Positions 1 to 14,907 of a DNA stretch of 64,000 nucleotides are shown in pieces. The stretch's first letter is position 1. Each line of letters begins with the position of its first letter. Source of the DNA: Selaginella moellendorffii. Taxonomy: Eukaryota > Plantae > Lycopodiophyta. The notes below the pieces were generated by a model that was not told the DNA's origin, made no database searches, and saw only the letters and a list, made by a program, of their open reading frames with translations. Position numbers and translations under genes: made by a program. The stretch is from contig NW_003314390.1 of the NCBI RefSeq assembly GCF_000143415.4, positions 272,973 through 336,972 of the forward strand, given 5' to 3'.

Positions 1-543
1 CTTCGGAGGTACGGCAATGGCGTGAAGAAGCGGCTAGTTGACGAGACGCTCTTGATCGATGAAACCGAAGCGCTTTGCTCTTTTCGTTTCTGGTGGAGGG
101 TTTGGACACTGCTATTGCTTCTGTGGAAAACGTTATTGATTGAAGGAGCAGTAGCAGGAGGAGTTCCACTTCTTCGGCCGAGAAGCTGGACCCTGTGGAC
201 AGACCGGCTTTTGTCAGAACTCGGATGAGGTACGAGGGTATGGTAGAAATGCATTTTAAATTTGGAAATGTTGCATGGTATCTTGATTGTCTATATACAA
301 CTTTTGTTCACTAGCGTACATGGAGCTTCTGTATCTGTGGGAAATCTTCTTCCATCTCAATCTCCAAAGTCTTCTTTGTGTGCAAAGCATGGAAATTCTA
401 TTATCTCTCCAGGTTTTTATGGCAATCAGCCACGGAAATTAAATATTAGATATGATGTCATATGGCGTTCATTGCCTGTTGTCGCATCAAATGGATTGAT
501 TGTCAGATGTCTGAATTCTGATCCATTCGTATTCGTTACTTAA

Positions 544-600
544 TTTGTTGGAAAGACTTTGCGCTAGTTAGTCAACCAGCGCAAAGTCTTCCCCAACAAA
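544..600. repeat. Near-perfect inverted repeat (hairpin)
   Basis: TTTGTTGGAAAGACTTTGCGCT...AGCGCAAAGTCTTCCCCAACAAA; arms of about 22 nt with a short spacer. Confidence 0.85.
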
Positions 601-856
601 GAAAGTAACAAAGAAGAGTTTATATCACATGGAATTACATGCTGTGGGTTTATCAATTTGAGGATGCTTTAGGTGATGAAAAAGAATCTGGGGTGGAACT
701 TGGCTATAAAACTACCAGTGCTGGACCTTCTGACATGCACACCCTATATATATGGGATGTCAAATGTGAACCTTGGAGACTAGTGGCAAAGTGATGAATG
801 GCTTAGACATTTCAAAACACTCTGATATTACATTGAAGCATTTGTGTGAGGGATAT

Positions 857-1253
857 TGTTCATTTCATTGGTATTAGAGCCATGTCATCCCACATGAAAT
901 AGCCATTGATAGCAACTGCAAGAAGCTAAACAAACCTTATATGAAGGAAGTCCAAAGAAATATGGCCATGGAAAATCACAATAAATAACCATGAAAGAAA
1001 GAAAGCAATATGGCCTTATTGCATGATAATAAACAAGAGAATGAAAATAGAGGAATAATTCAAATTATATGATATGGGAATGTTAATACTGTCAATTATA
1101 GAAACAAGAGAATGAAAATAGAGTAACAATTCAATTCAAATTATATGGACAACATAAGTCACAATTGAAAATTGGAAACATGGGCCTAGAAGTCAAACTT
1201 AAATACAATGAAATTATAAATACAAAATACTGTTTATTTCATTGGTATTAGAG
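857..1253 (+). mobile_element. Decayed retroelement-like segment with two tRNA-iMet PBS-like motifs
   Basis: CA-T-TGGTATTAGAGCC at 866-881 and TGGTATTAGAG at 1243-1253, one C>T from canonical TGGTATCAGAGC. Both share the context TGTTYATTTCATTGGTATTAGAG. An internal direct repeat AAACAAGAGAATGAAAATAGAG occurs at about 1031 and 1103. Confidence 0.45.
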
Positions 1254-1696
1254 AGGTTCAAGTCTAGTTCTGAAATAATATCATAAAATCTTCTTATATT
1301 TAAAGATTTTCTAGGATGAAGGACCTCACCAGTTGGTTAGGATCATTACCAATTGTATTGGTATAGTATTATGTATTTTACTTAAATATTACCTTTTTAA
1401 ATGGCCTTGAATAATAGTTTATGATGTTTGACTGGAAAATCATCTACAGAAATTTATGGCGTGACTAAAGGACTTCTGTAATATGATATGTTTCTTATCC
1501 TCTGGGGTATAATGCCATGTTTCCTCCATTATTTTCTTCTAACCTGATATGGTTTAAGGGTTATAAAGAAGACTTCATAAATTTCTTCATAGTGGTATCA
1601 AACAAATTGCCACTTTTTAAGTTTGATTGATCTATCCTATGATAACACTACAAACTACCTTGGGTGGTTTAGGTGGGCTAACCACAACAAGGAAGA

Positions 1697-3559
1697 TTAG
1701 GACCGCTTGGCACAGCGGTGAAAGAAGCCAGGCATGAAGGCCTCACAGCCGACACCATCTAGTACCAACACCTGCCGTCCTAGGAGCTGCTGCTCTTCGA
1801 AGAAAGCGTCCAATAAATCCGCCTCAAAACTATGGTATGGCACCAAAATGATGTACACCTTTTCCCTGCCGAACACTTTCAGTGCCTCATCGAAAGCCTC
1901 GTCGCACCACTTCTTCATCTCGGGTACTGTGACTTTCTCCTGACCCTTACATTGAATCCAGAGCTCTAGTGTGCCAAATGCCTCGACTCCAACCTCTACA
2001 TTCCTGCCTCGTAGGAAAAGCCTTCCGTCAACAATGGGGCACGATCCCATGGTCTTCATCACGATGCCATGAGCAGGAAGAAAGATTGTCCTCGGGGGAC
2101 AGTGACTTCCGGCAGCTACAAGCCTTGTACTGGTGTCACCCTTTCTAGCAAAATGGCGTGCCGCCTGACCTGGTCTGAGAAACTGAAACACCTCATCCTC
2201 TCGCGATACCCTTTCGGGAACCCGAACCTCAAACGGGCTGGCACAGATGCAGCCCGGAAACAGGTCGTCAAGCTTCACCGTCTTCCCTCTTGCAAGACAC
2301 AGCCTCACGTAAAGCATCTCCAAGCATGCCCGCTCCAGCGTTTCACTTTGTACCAGATCCGGCCGCAGCTCCACTAGAGGCTGGTGCAGCCTGAGACGGT
2401 GGCCAAGATGGTGCAGTAGCACGTTTGGAGCCTCAAAGACAATCTTCCCTGCTTCTTCCTTCCAGCAAAAGTACCCCCGAATACTTTCTTCCACGGCCAG
2501 CTCGGAGTCGTCAACACTCCCTTGTATAAGACAGTATCTAAAAGCATCTTTTAGTTGCTCCAGGTTGGAGCCTCCGAATTCTATGGCATCTCCTGCCCAG
2601 CACTCCATGGACGTGATCATGCTCCTCCTGGCCTCGTCGATCATTTGCAGGTCATCCAAGCCTATATCCCCAAGTGCGTTTCTCAGGCCCGCTGAAACCC
2701 ATTCCAAAAACCTGGGAACTCCAAGACAGTCTTGAAGCAGCACCCCAAATTGTTCGTGCTCCATCAGATTGCTGGAACCTGCGCCCTGCTCGACCACCTC
2801 CCTAGAGTCTTGCAGAGACAAACCTGTCAAGCGGTGGGCGATCTTAGGCCATTTGCACGCACCAAAAGTACCAACTTCTGGAACCCTGCACCCTGCTAAA
2901 CAAGGAATCAGGATAAGACCCCCTGCCTCCTGCTTGCAGGTGTTCCTCATGAAACGGCCAACTCCATCGCACATCTCCTTGAGGAACACTCTCACCCTTG
3001 TGCCTAGCTGCGCTGCTAGGAGCTGCATCTCGTCTAGAAGAAGATACAAGAGCACCACTCCCGGCTTTCCCTGCTTAAGAAACTCGCATACCTTGCCCAT
3101 GGCCTTTGCAAAGGATGGGAAGCTGCTGATAGAGCCCTGCGTCTCTGCGTCGAGCTTGAAAAACGGCAGCCCGTGCAACAGCTCCGAAAGGATTGTTACC
3201 TCGAGGAACTTGGAGCCATCCATTGCAATATCCGGGCTAGGCATGTGGGAATGCTCGGAGCCTCGGCCGTTGAATGTCACAAAAATCTGATGCACGGCAC
3301 CCGCATCGTAGAGGCTTTTCAGCTGGAAATCCGCTGGCGTGCAGCACAGGCGCACCTGTTCCCTGATTTCCTGCAAGCACCGTGTCTTGCCGATGCCTGA
3401 TCCGCCCTCAAACGTGATGAAGCGAACAGAATTCTCGTCGTCCCCCTCACAGTAGGCCGCGACAAGAGCTTTCACTGTCGCTTTCACGTCCTTCATCAGC
3501 CCTCCTCGGCCGATCAGCGGAACAGGCCGCCGCCTCTTCCTCCCGACCTCTGCTGCCAT
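1697..3559 (-). CDS. Intronless Crinkler/CR-like P-loop NTPase with C-terminal restriction-endonuclease-like domain (620 aa)
   Basis: Uninterrupted ORF. Walker A GGSGIGKT, IFVTFN strand, Walker B LYLLLDEMQ, GVPR motif; C-terminal PIVDG...LWIQCK resembles a PD-(D/E/Q)xK site; N-terminal RKRRR. Confidence 0.7.
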   Translation of the reverse strand: MAAEVGRKRRRPVPLIGRGGLMKDVKATVKALVAAYCEGDDENSVRFITFEGGSGIGKTRCLQEIREQVRLCCTPADFQLKSLYDAGAVHQIFVTFNGRGSEHSHMPSPDIAMDGSKFLEVTILSELLHGLPFFKLDAETQGSISSFPSFAKAMGKVCEFLKQGKPGVVLLYLLLDEMQLLAAQLGTRVRVFLKEMCDGVGRFMRNTCKQEAGGLILIPCLAGCRVPEVGTFGACKWPKIAHRLTGLSLQDSREVVEQGAGSSNLMEHEQFGVLLQDCLGVPRFLEWVSAGLRNALGDIGLDDLQMIDEARRSMITSMECWAGDAIEFGGSNLEQLKDAFRYCLIQGSVDDSELAVEESIRGYFCWKEEAGKIVFEAPNVLLHHLGHRLRLHQPLVELRPDLVQSETLERACLEMLYVRLCLARGKTVKLDDLFPGCICASPFEVRVPERVSREDEVFQFLRPGQAARHFARKGDTSTRLVAAGSHCPPRTIFLPAHGIVMKTMGSCPIVDGRLFLRGRNVEVGVEAFGTLELWIQCKGQEKVTVPEMKKWCDEAFDEALKVFGREKVYIILVPYHSFEADLLDAFFEEQQLLGRQVLVLDGVGCEAFMPGFFHRCAKRS

Positions 3560-4068
3560 TGCTTCTGAAAACCCTAGCTTCTAGAACCTAATCTCAATTT
3601 GCTCTGATCCAATGGTCCAGACTTTTAAACAGCTAGATCGACGGCTCTGACAGTCGTTAGTATCCTTAAGCTCTTGTTATAAGTTGGCAAAAGGCACAAT
3701 GAAAATTTTATTCTAAGTATATTCTTTAAGATGCCAGATAAAAGGTACCCACTAGCAATGCCCACCTGAGAGAACTCATGAGCAAAAGGTCAATTGGGCT
3801 GAGACAATGGACAAACTTACTTTTGCATAACTGAGAAGTTGTCAAAGTGTTACTTGCCAAATTTGTTAAGCCAGCCAAATCCCATTGTAGTGCATTTAAA
3901 TTTTTTTAAGCCTGATGCATTATAAAATAGAATTTTGGTATACACTCAATATCCCTTAACTTTTTATATCAAATTCTTACATGCAAAATAGTATTAAATA
4001 GTGTTTAACACAATTTTGGCATAGTGCCTAACATGAGGGGAGTTATATACCATTTTGTTTGTAGTGAG

Positions 4069-4765
4069 GATACAACGTGATTGGAAACATCAAGGCTTTA
4101 GTAGAGGCAAAATGCCCACACACTGTCTCATCCGCTGTTAGCGTGCTCGTCACTCGAGAGTGCGTCACTGTGGTAATGACAGTAGTTATACTACATAGTA
4201 TGAACTAATTCTACATTGCCCAGCTGAATGGACCAACGTGGACCGTTACCTTTGGGCAGCGAGACAGCCTCATGGCAAACCAGACGGCTGTAAATGCAGA
4301 ACTTCCACCTTTCCGTGCTCATCGCCAGCTTTCAAAGCCATGGCCTCTCCATACAAGATCTAGTTGCTCTCACACTCTGGGCCAAGGCCAATGTGGGAAC
4401 TTCAAATCTCACCTCTATGGTCCATTGCTGAGCTCTTCACCAGATTATATGAACCCTTACTACAACCAATCGCTCAGGAGCCAGTGTCCCTGCAGTGGTA
4501 CCTTTCTCCTCTAGATTTGCAAACTCTAGTGGTGTTTGACAACAAGTACTACAAGGACTTGATAAATTTCAGTAGACTGTTCCACTCTGACCAGACACTG
4601 TGGAGTGGTGGCGATTGGACAGTTGCGCAGCTGGTGCACACTTATGCCATGGATCAAGCGCGATTTTTCCAGGACTTTGCGACTGGAATGATCAATATGG
4701 GGAACCTCAAGCCGCTCTTAGCTCCAAATGGACAGATTCGTCAATACTGTGGCAAAGTGAACTAG
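4069..4765 (+). pseudogene. Class III peroxidase pseudogene (5'-truncated, frameshifted)
   Basis: GYNVIGNIKALVEAKCPHTVS, an intron, then LNGPTWTVTFGQRDS, HTLGQGQC and FDNKYYKDL...MINMGNLKPL...CGKVN in shifting frames. Exon 1 with RLHFHDC is absent. Confidence 0.85.
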
Positions 4766-4831
4766 ATTTTTTCAATATATAAAAATTATCCCTTGGTTCC
4801 AAGGTGTTTATCAAGTATACTTCTTCTCAAG

Positions 4832-5919
<1,088 letters not shown>

Positions 5920-6835
5920 TCACTCAAAAGGCCTGGCCTTTGAAACGTTTGGAAGGGTTGGATTTATAGATAGAGCCTCGCCGTATCTAGCACGGGTGCC
6001 ACGGTGGTGAATGATATTAAACACAACTCGAGCTGGTGTATTTTGACAAGCTTTTTGTTCTGTAATGGAATAAGTCGTATCCATTTCATGTGGTTTGTTT
6101 GTATGAAAGTCGGCGGTGGCACACAAGTTCAAACATTTCACCCTCAAAAGAACCATATCTCAAATCTCACAAGAGATGATCAAGCTTGTCATGAAGTCAA
6201 GTACTGCTCAAATGCATCCTGTGACTTTGGACAATTTTTCTTGGTGGAGTGTTTTACTGGAATCACTCCCTTTCCGCCACCAAAGCATCCTGCCTGTCAC
6301 ATTTGCCTTTGCTGACTAATTTCGTCTGTTGCAAATAAGACATTAGAACTTTCGAGGAGAAAGCCTCCTCCTCCTAAGTACATTCTGCAAGTAGTGTTTT
6401 CTCTCATCAAACGAGAAAGAGTTTGCCAGCAACTTAGATCCTCTTTAGGATCCTCACTTAAAGAGGAACTTTTGAGACTAAAATTAATAGAAAAATATAA
6501 TATTTCATTTAGATATAGTTTTATAATCTATTTCTACATCATTTAAAAGTTTAAGAGAAAATTAATTTTTCATATTGAAGCTAGTAAGCCTAACACATAA
6601 TAATAATATTTTCGAACTTAATACAGACTTGAAAATAAAATTTAATACGTATTTTATAACAAATTATACTAAATAGTGTAAATTATCATTTTATTATATA
6701 AATGTGCATATTTTAAAAACTATGTATTTCTGTAAATCTATAATAAAAAATAGATTTTGTCCTTATTGTCTCTTCAAAATTACATTTTTATAACGAAGCA
6801 ACTTTTATAGCATCTTTCTTCATCTAGCCACACCA

Positions 6836-7387
6836 TGTGATAAACCCTAATATTTATATTTATTATTTATATTTGTTTTCTACTATGAATACTCAGGATA
6901 TAGGAATAACAATTGCAGTTGCCACTGTTCGAGTGGGTGAAATTAATTTTCTCTTCATTCTATTATGTAACATATCAATAGAAGACCCTTTTTCCATGTA
7001 TCTTCCTTCCTTGAATACTAATGTTTTTGAAGACTACTTTATAGTGTGTATCAAATCTAATAGACAAGCTTTGTATAGACTTATCTTCCCTTTCCCTACC
7101 TTAGAGGAATGCTAACTCTAGTGCTTGACCTTTTCATACTCCTCGCTCGTCTCTTCCAGGGGTTGGAATAACGCTATAGGACTCTGGTCCTGTTGTGTTG
7201 GTCTCCAGGATTATTAATTAGGGTTTACACCCCTACTTATATACAAGAATGGATGGACCAGATTCAGTCCCAAATGGACAGTTCATATGCTATAGTACTA
7301 TAATTAGTGTATTACTTAGCTAGAGTAATATATATATACATATATATACATATTTGTATTTAAAAACTTTACACCATCCTCCCCTTT
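6836..7387 (-). mobile_element. LTR-like segment with polypurine tract
   Basis: On the minus strand AAAGGGGAGGATGG (7387-7374) is followed directly by TGTAAAG. The candidate far end TGTGATA is at 6836. About 130 bp is shared with 9463-9600. Confidence 0.55.
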
Positions 7388-9605
7388 GGAAGATGAAAAA
7401 GGTGATAGTAATAAATTAGGTAGAATATCTAAAGTTTTTGTTGGACAATTGTAAACTACCACAAGAATCTAAAACTCCCATAAAACCACTAACAAAGTTG
7501 CTAACAACTATGACTGAAATAAAACTTGAAGCCATGGTATAAGCATTAGTCAACTATGGAATCTTGATGAACCAGTTGTAACTTCATATACTACTGCCAA
7601 ATGCTTAAACCACCTTGAAGCCATAACTTTAAACAAAAGCAAGGGACTTCGAGAGCCACTATAGTCCATGAAATATTATTACAACAAATAATATATCTTG
7701 TATTTAAGTTTGTTTGTTGATAATTCTCCGAGACCACTATTAATTCGAACTCACAACCATAAGTAGAATCAGCCTCATCTTCTAACTCACAACTATAAAT
7801 AGAACCTACCTTTTTATCTTTGTTTAACACTGCATATGGAAAATCGGACTCACTCCATTTGTCTTCCACATCCTCTTTATCCCTTCTTTGATGGAAAAAA
7901 AAAGTTTTAAAACACTAGCTTTATTCAAACTTGCTACACTTATCCTTACTTCACCATTTATATTTAGCCTCACTCCACTATTACATTTGTTCAGCTTCAC
8001 TCTATCTAGGTTAGATGTTCCGTTCGAACTTGTTATGCTCATCTTCACTTTACAATCTATATCATTTATCCTCACTCCACTACAGTATTTGCTTATCCTC
8101 ATTCCATTGTCGGAGCTAGACTCTCATGCGTCCCCTCTACCCCCTCCTTTGAAGAATTTTTTTTTGAAGTGTTAAGGCAAAAAGGAAAAAAGGAAAAAAT
8201 GAGAAAAATTAAGGAAAAATAATTGTAGAAGAAGAAAAAATGGATAAAGAAGCATTAGAATAGGAATTTGTAGTAGTTGGGAATGCAGAAATGGGGAAAT
8301 TAAAAGGACATGTGCTTAAAGTTTGGAAAATAGAAGACTTCTTATCATAAAATATTTCACCCACTATAAGCAAAAGATTCACACCGCTCAACCTCCTTAA
8401 CACATAACTCAACATTTAAAATGGGAAAATCAATAATAATGTCCACACTCTTAAAGCAATACATAAACTCATTAACAATAACGATAAAGTAAAGGCTTTT
8501 ATTAGCACTCACAACTAGGGACATTCATTGAACTTAAAGCTTTGACCAAAGTGAGTCAACCCTTGGAATAGGGGAATATTTAATACTAGAACTAATTAAT
8601 GACTTTGTTAACGAAACAAAAGCAAGATTCTTAACTTCATGCATATAATTAACATTCAAATTAATATGAGGAGGACAGAAAACACTCAACTCATCATTGA
8701 ACTGAAAATGAAAATCATAAGAGTCAGAAATGAATAATGTGCTAGGAAAAGAAGATGTTGCAAACAAAGAAGGAACACTAGCAACATGAAAAAATGGCCT
8801 AAGCTGAGAAATAAGAAAGGATTGGGAAAGAGCAAAAGATAAGGGGAAAAGATCAGATGGCATTTTGAAGGATTGACACCTATCTTGTGAAATCTTCATT
8901 TCATTTCCAAAGTTATTTTCATAATAATTAAGTTCCTCATCATAATCTGAAATCCATTTAAGATCGTAAACATTGTTTTCCCATAAACTTGATCCTCAAA
9001 TATTCTAGACTACATCATATATAACTCGCTAATCGGTGTCATGATCATACTTCACATCAATGGGAGATGGCAAAACATCAAAAATAGGACAATCGATGTA
9101 ATCACATCCTACAGAAGTTGGAGATGGCAATACACCAAAGATTGGGTGTAACACTAATATAATTATATCTCACAACACCAAAAATTCAATTTAATAGAGT
9201 AACATTAGTAGCCTCAAATAACATATTCCTTGATTGATGACGATATAGCATGGTAGGAGAAGAGAATGCAATGAAGATTAAAATAAAGAATAAATCTAAG
9301 CACAATAATAGGTAAAATTCTAGATTTTACAAAAAGCTAATATAGACCTAAATCTAAAAAAGAATGAAGAAATAAGAACAAAAAGCATAATCCCAAATAC
9401 TAAAGCAAAGTATTGTTAAAAAAGCTTTGCTTTTTAGGGAAAAATTGTAGTATCCCTCACTAGTGGGTTTAGACCTTTACTTATATACAAAAATGGATAG
9501 ACCAGATTTAGTCTCAAATGGATGGTCTATATGCTATAGTACTATAATTAATATATTACTTAGTCAGGGTAATACATACATACATATATACACATGTATT
9601 TATAG
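7374..9605 (-). mobile_element. Degenerate internal region and second related LTR fragment
   Basis: 9463-9600 resembles 7217-7360 (GGGTTTA..CTTATATACAA..AATGGAT..ACCAGATT..CAAATGGA..ATATGCTATAGTACTATAATTA). The interior is AT-rich with imperfect tandem repeats (about 7930-8085 and 9060-9150) and no intact pol. Confidence 0.45.
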
Positions 9606-10969
9606 TCTAATCTTTTTGCTTGTGAATAAAAAACGGACAATAAGGACTCAGGAAACAAGCCACACTCGTGATAGCCTAAACACATGTTCTGGACTTAGTC
9701 ATCTGCTAGCCAAAAATGGCATACACTATATTACAAATGGAGTTAGCATGACTAGCCTACTAAAAAAATTAAGCTCTTCATACAAACTCTTGAATTGAAT
9801 CAACACCAGTTTTGGGCTGATCTCCTAGTGTTCTTTTGCTAACTTTCTCTTGTCTTGCATTTTAGATTCATATTCTTAGCCTACAGTCTTGACAATTGCT
9901 ATGATGAGAAGTCATCCATGATCATATCATTGGCATAATCAAAATCCCTCAAATGCTCTCAATTTCTAAGTTGACAAAGTCGAAGGGGAGTGTGAAGTCC
10001 TTCTCAAGGTGGGGTTGGCATTATCTAGATGTTACCATATAACAAAATAATCTAAAATTGACAATATATGATTTTAAACTATGGTTGTTTGTCTTTGATT
10101 ATTATTTTGACTTATTTTTATTAGTGTAAGGTTTCAAATTCAAGTCACACTCTTGCTCCATCTGGTCAAAAGCTTGATGCTTTTGGTTGATCGTACAAAA
10201 TATATTATGCTGCAACCAAAATAGATCAAATTGAATGTAGTAATCACCTTTCACAACATCAGTGAAAGATGACATTGAAAACTTCATCACAAAGCACTCT
10301 CAATTCTGCAAACTAGTGCAAATTAGATCTCTAATGCATCCTTGCCACTCTTGCTGGCTACAAATGTGACTTGTCAATGGGCTGCACAATCTTCACCTCA
10401 ATTACCACCAATTGTCACTTCCATTGGTTGTAAAGTAAGGCTAAAACTTTCCAAATGCTATTGCTCTCTGAGTAGAACCTAGTGCTGTCTATGTAGGGTC
10501 GTCCACTGCTGCTTTCCACATGCGCATACACTTGAGAATGGAAGCAGGCAAAAGACTTGTGCCACCAGCTCCAGCATCAATTCCAGTGTCGACCTCCCTA
10601 AACTTGTAATTAATACTACTGTCAAGTAAAGGTAAAGGTATAGTACCTCCAATCTCCATTGTTTGTTATTGCCTATAGATTCCACCACATTCATTTTAAC
10701 ATTTGTTGACTCCTTTGTGCTCTGATTGTTTAGCCTTTTGGCAATGAAAACAATTGCCATCCATAATAATATATTTTTAAAAAAAAATTGGTGATACATT
10801 AAACTCAGTTCTACTTTCTAAGATCTTCAGGCTGTTTGTGCTGTGGGTTTTCTCAGGTTGCAGCAAATAGTTGTTGGCTTCTTTGCTCAGCATACTTTTT
10901 CTCACTAGGCTTTGCTTTGGTTGTTTTTCGTTTTCCACCAGGTGGAGATCGAGTATGATGTAAAACTCT

Positions 10970-11900
10970 TTAGCTTCTTTTTCTCAACATCCAAACGACT
11001 CGTTGGCTCGAGCTTTGCTTTCCGGCACATTTGCTGCCGCTTCTACCGTTGAAGGTGTTTAGTCGAGAACCCCAGCCGCTTGAGAGACATGAGGCTTCCT
11101 CAAGGAACACTTGATCCCTGGAATCCAGTGACGAGCTCACGTTCCAGGCTCGAAACACAAACATCCGAAGTTTGGAGGAGCTTGAGAAAGCCCAGGGCGG
11201 TGTGTGATGTTGGCGATCTAGAGCGGCTGCTCCAGCCATCCGTGCTGGAGACTTGTCGAGACTTTGGGAGTTTGCTTGGATAAGAGGAAGACGATCAGTA
11301 CACGGTGATGGTGAAGCATCTCATTGTTTTCTGCACCGGGAACTCGGAGTTTTTCCGCGGGTTTTTGGCTGATGCCATCAACTGGAGGCAAGTTTGCAAG
11401 GGTGGTGAAGGATGTTGTCGGCTGTCGCCCAGGAGGGAACGCCATCACCATCCTTGGGAGCCCAAACTTTCGATCCCAGCACCTTGTCCTGCAGCTTCCA
11501 CGGGGAAAAGCTTGTAGAACTGCCCAGCTCTCGCGACCATCCGAGTCCAGCACGTCTGTGTTCGCGGTGCCCTTGAGCTGCGATGGGTCATAAGGATCGA
11601 TGTCCAGCGTCCGGTCCAGTTCGTAGTTTGCATGCTGTGCGCCCGCAAGCTTTGCTCGCAGCCAATGTACTTGTAAAAGGTGGCGTTGGCCGTGACAAAG
11701 ATGTGCCTCGCTCGTCTTTCGCACAAGAAACTGGAGAACGCATCTGGTCTACCTTCGAAATGGCTCCACCTTCGTCGTCTTCCAATGTGATTCCACGGAA
11801 GCATGCTCTTAATCGGAGCCTTGGAGGCCTCGGAGTAGTACAAGAAACCTTTGGTGAGTAGCCTCTCTCCTACTAGGTCGCGCTTTCCCAGCGCATTGCG
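10970..11900 (-). pseudogene. GC-rich frameshifted gene remnant, family not recognised
   Basis: Coding-like composition within AT-rich DNA; protein-like segments HIFVTANATFYKYIGC and QHANYELDRTLDIDPYDPSQLKG lie in different frames. Confidence 0.35.
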
Positions 11901-12269
11901 AACCCTGGCGACTGCAGATGGATCGCAGGGTTGCTACGAACAAAGACCGCTCGACTCTAGCCCAGAGGCAGACTCACGGGACCGAGATAATCCATGTTCA
12001 CAACAACACCATGAGCTGCAGAGCTTTTCCACAAAAGCAGTAGCCAAAAATTTTATAACTGCAACTTCAACTCCACCTTTCCATCTAAGGCAGTAAGTAT
12101 CAAGCACAGCATCAAGATTCAAGTTCTGGCCACTTCTGGAGCACTTAAACCAGAATCATGATTCTCTATAATGCAGGTTATTGACACAAAATTTTAGGAT
12201 TTTCGCACCTAGCATTTGCCCACAGAATACCGAACAAGATGTGTTTATAAACTTAACACCTCTTTATAC

Positions 12270-12475
12270 CTTGGCAAACACCGGATTGCAGTGTTCCACG
12301 AGATGAGATTGTGCTGCGGCATTCTCTGGAGCATTGGTCTCGCCTGGCTGGTCCACGAGAGTTTTGATCATCGTGTTCCTGGAACACGTCCTTGTGTGTG
12401 TGCCTCTTCAAATGCCCATTTTAGGCAAATGCCGTAAGCAAAGTGTTGCAACAAAACTAGATTGTGCTGTGGACG
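12270..12475 (-). pseudogene. PLS-type PPR gene fragment
   Basis: PQHNLV/CCNTLLTAFA*NGHL and QARPMLQRMPQHNLISWNTAI, with a stop and frameshifts; same repeat style as 17519-19264. Confidence 0.65.
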
Positions 12476-13010
12476 CCCTCTTTGTGTGGATATTGTGGCG
12501 AATCCAATGATGAGATCCTCAATAGTTGCTCTTGAGCGAGTTTCTCTATCTCAATGTATGGTCTTCTTGCATCCATGTTTAAGAAGCATGCTAACGAAAC
12601 ACAATCCACACCTTTTCCAGTATCCTTGTAGCACACATCTAATGCCTTGATGTAGCGCTTTTGAGATGGTTTCGAGTCAACCAATACTTGATTTGATGTT
12701 TTATTTTCACTACTAACAAATATTTTGTTTTAAAACATATTGTAATGATATGGAGAATTCTAGACATTTCTAAGTGGAATCACTCTCCAAATATTGAGGC
12801 TACCAAACAATTTCTTCACCATAATCATCACTTATTAATTGCTTAAACTTGCTTCCCAAATAGAAATTAGTGTGCTTACATCCTAGACTCACCATGGACA
12901 GTATCTCTCCTCTGCAGAGTTTTCCCATGCATGATCCTCCCTGTAAGAGCTGCCACAAACCAGGTTTACGCCTTGTCACAACAGTCATACACAATTATAC
13001 TACAAATATT

Positions 13011-14774
<1,764 letters not shown>

Positions 14775-14907
14775 CGCGGACTAGTAGTGATCACTGGCGA
14801 GAGGAGGAAGATAAAGTATAACTTGTGTGATTGATTATATAAACAAGGAGAGAGGAGGGGGAGGAGGAGAGGGAACCACGCAAACACTAGCCTCTACCTT
14901 GGAGGGA

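Noticed and set aside
1-540. Short ORFs, and one frame interrupted by several TGA codons that could be former CGA
   Set aside because: No recognisable family; probably decayed TE sequence cut by the window edge.
9800-10800. Possible transposase remnant on the minus strand
   Set aside because: No motif I can name; only short stop-riddled frames.
11690-11715. HIFVTAN resembles HQIFVTFN in the CR-like protein
   Set aside because: There is no neighbouring Walker motif, and the match is too short to imply homology.
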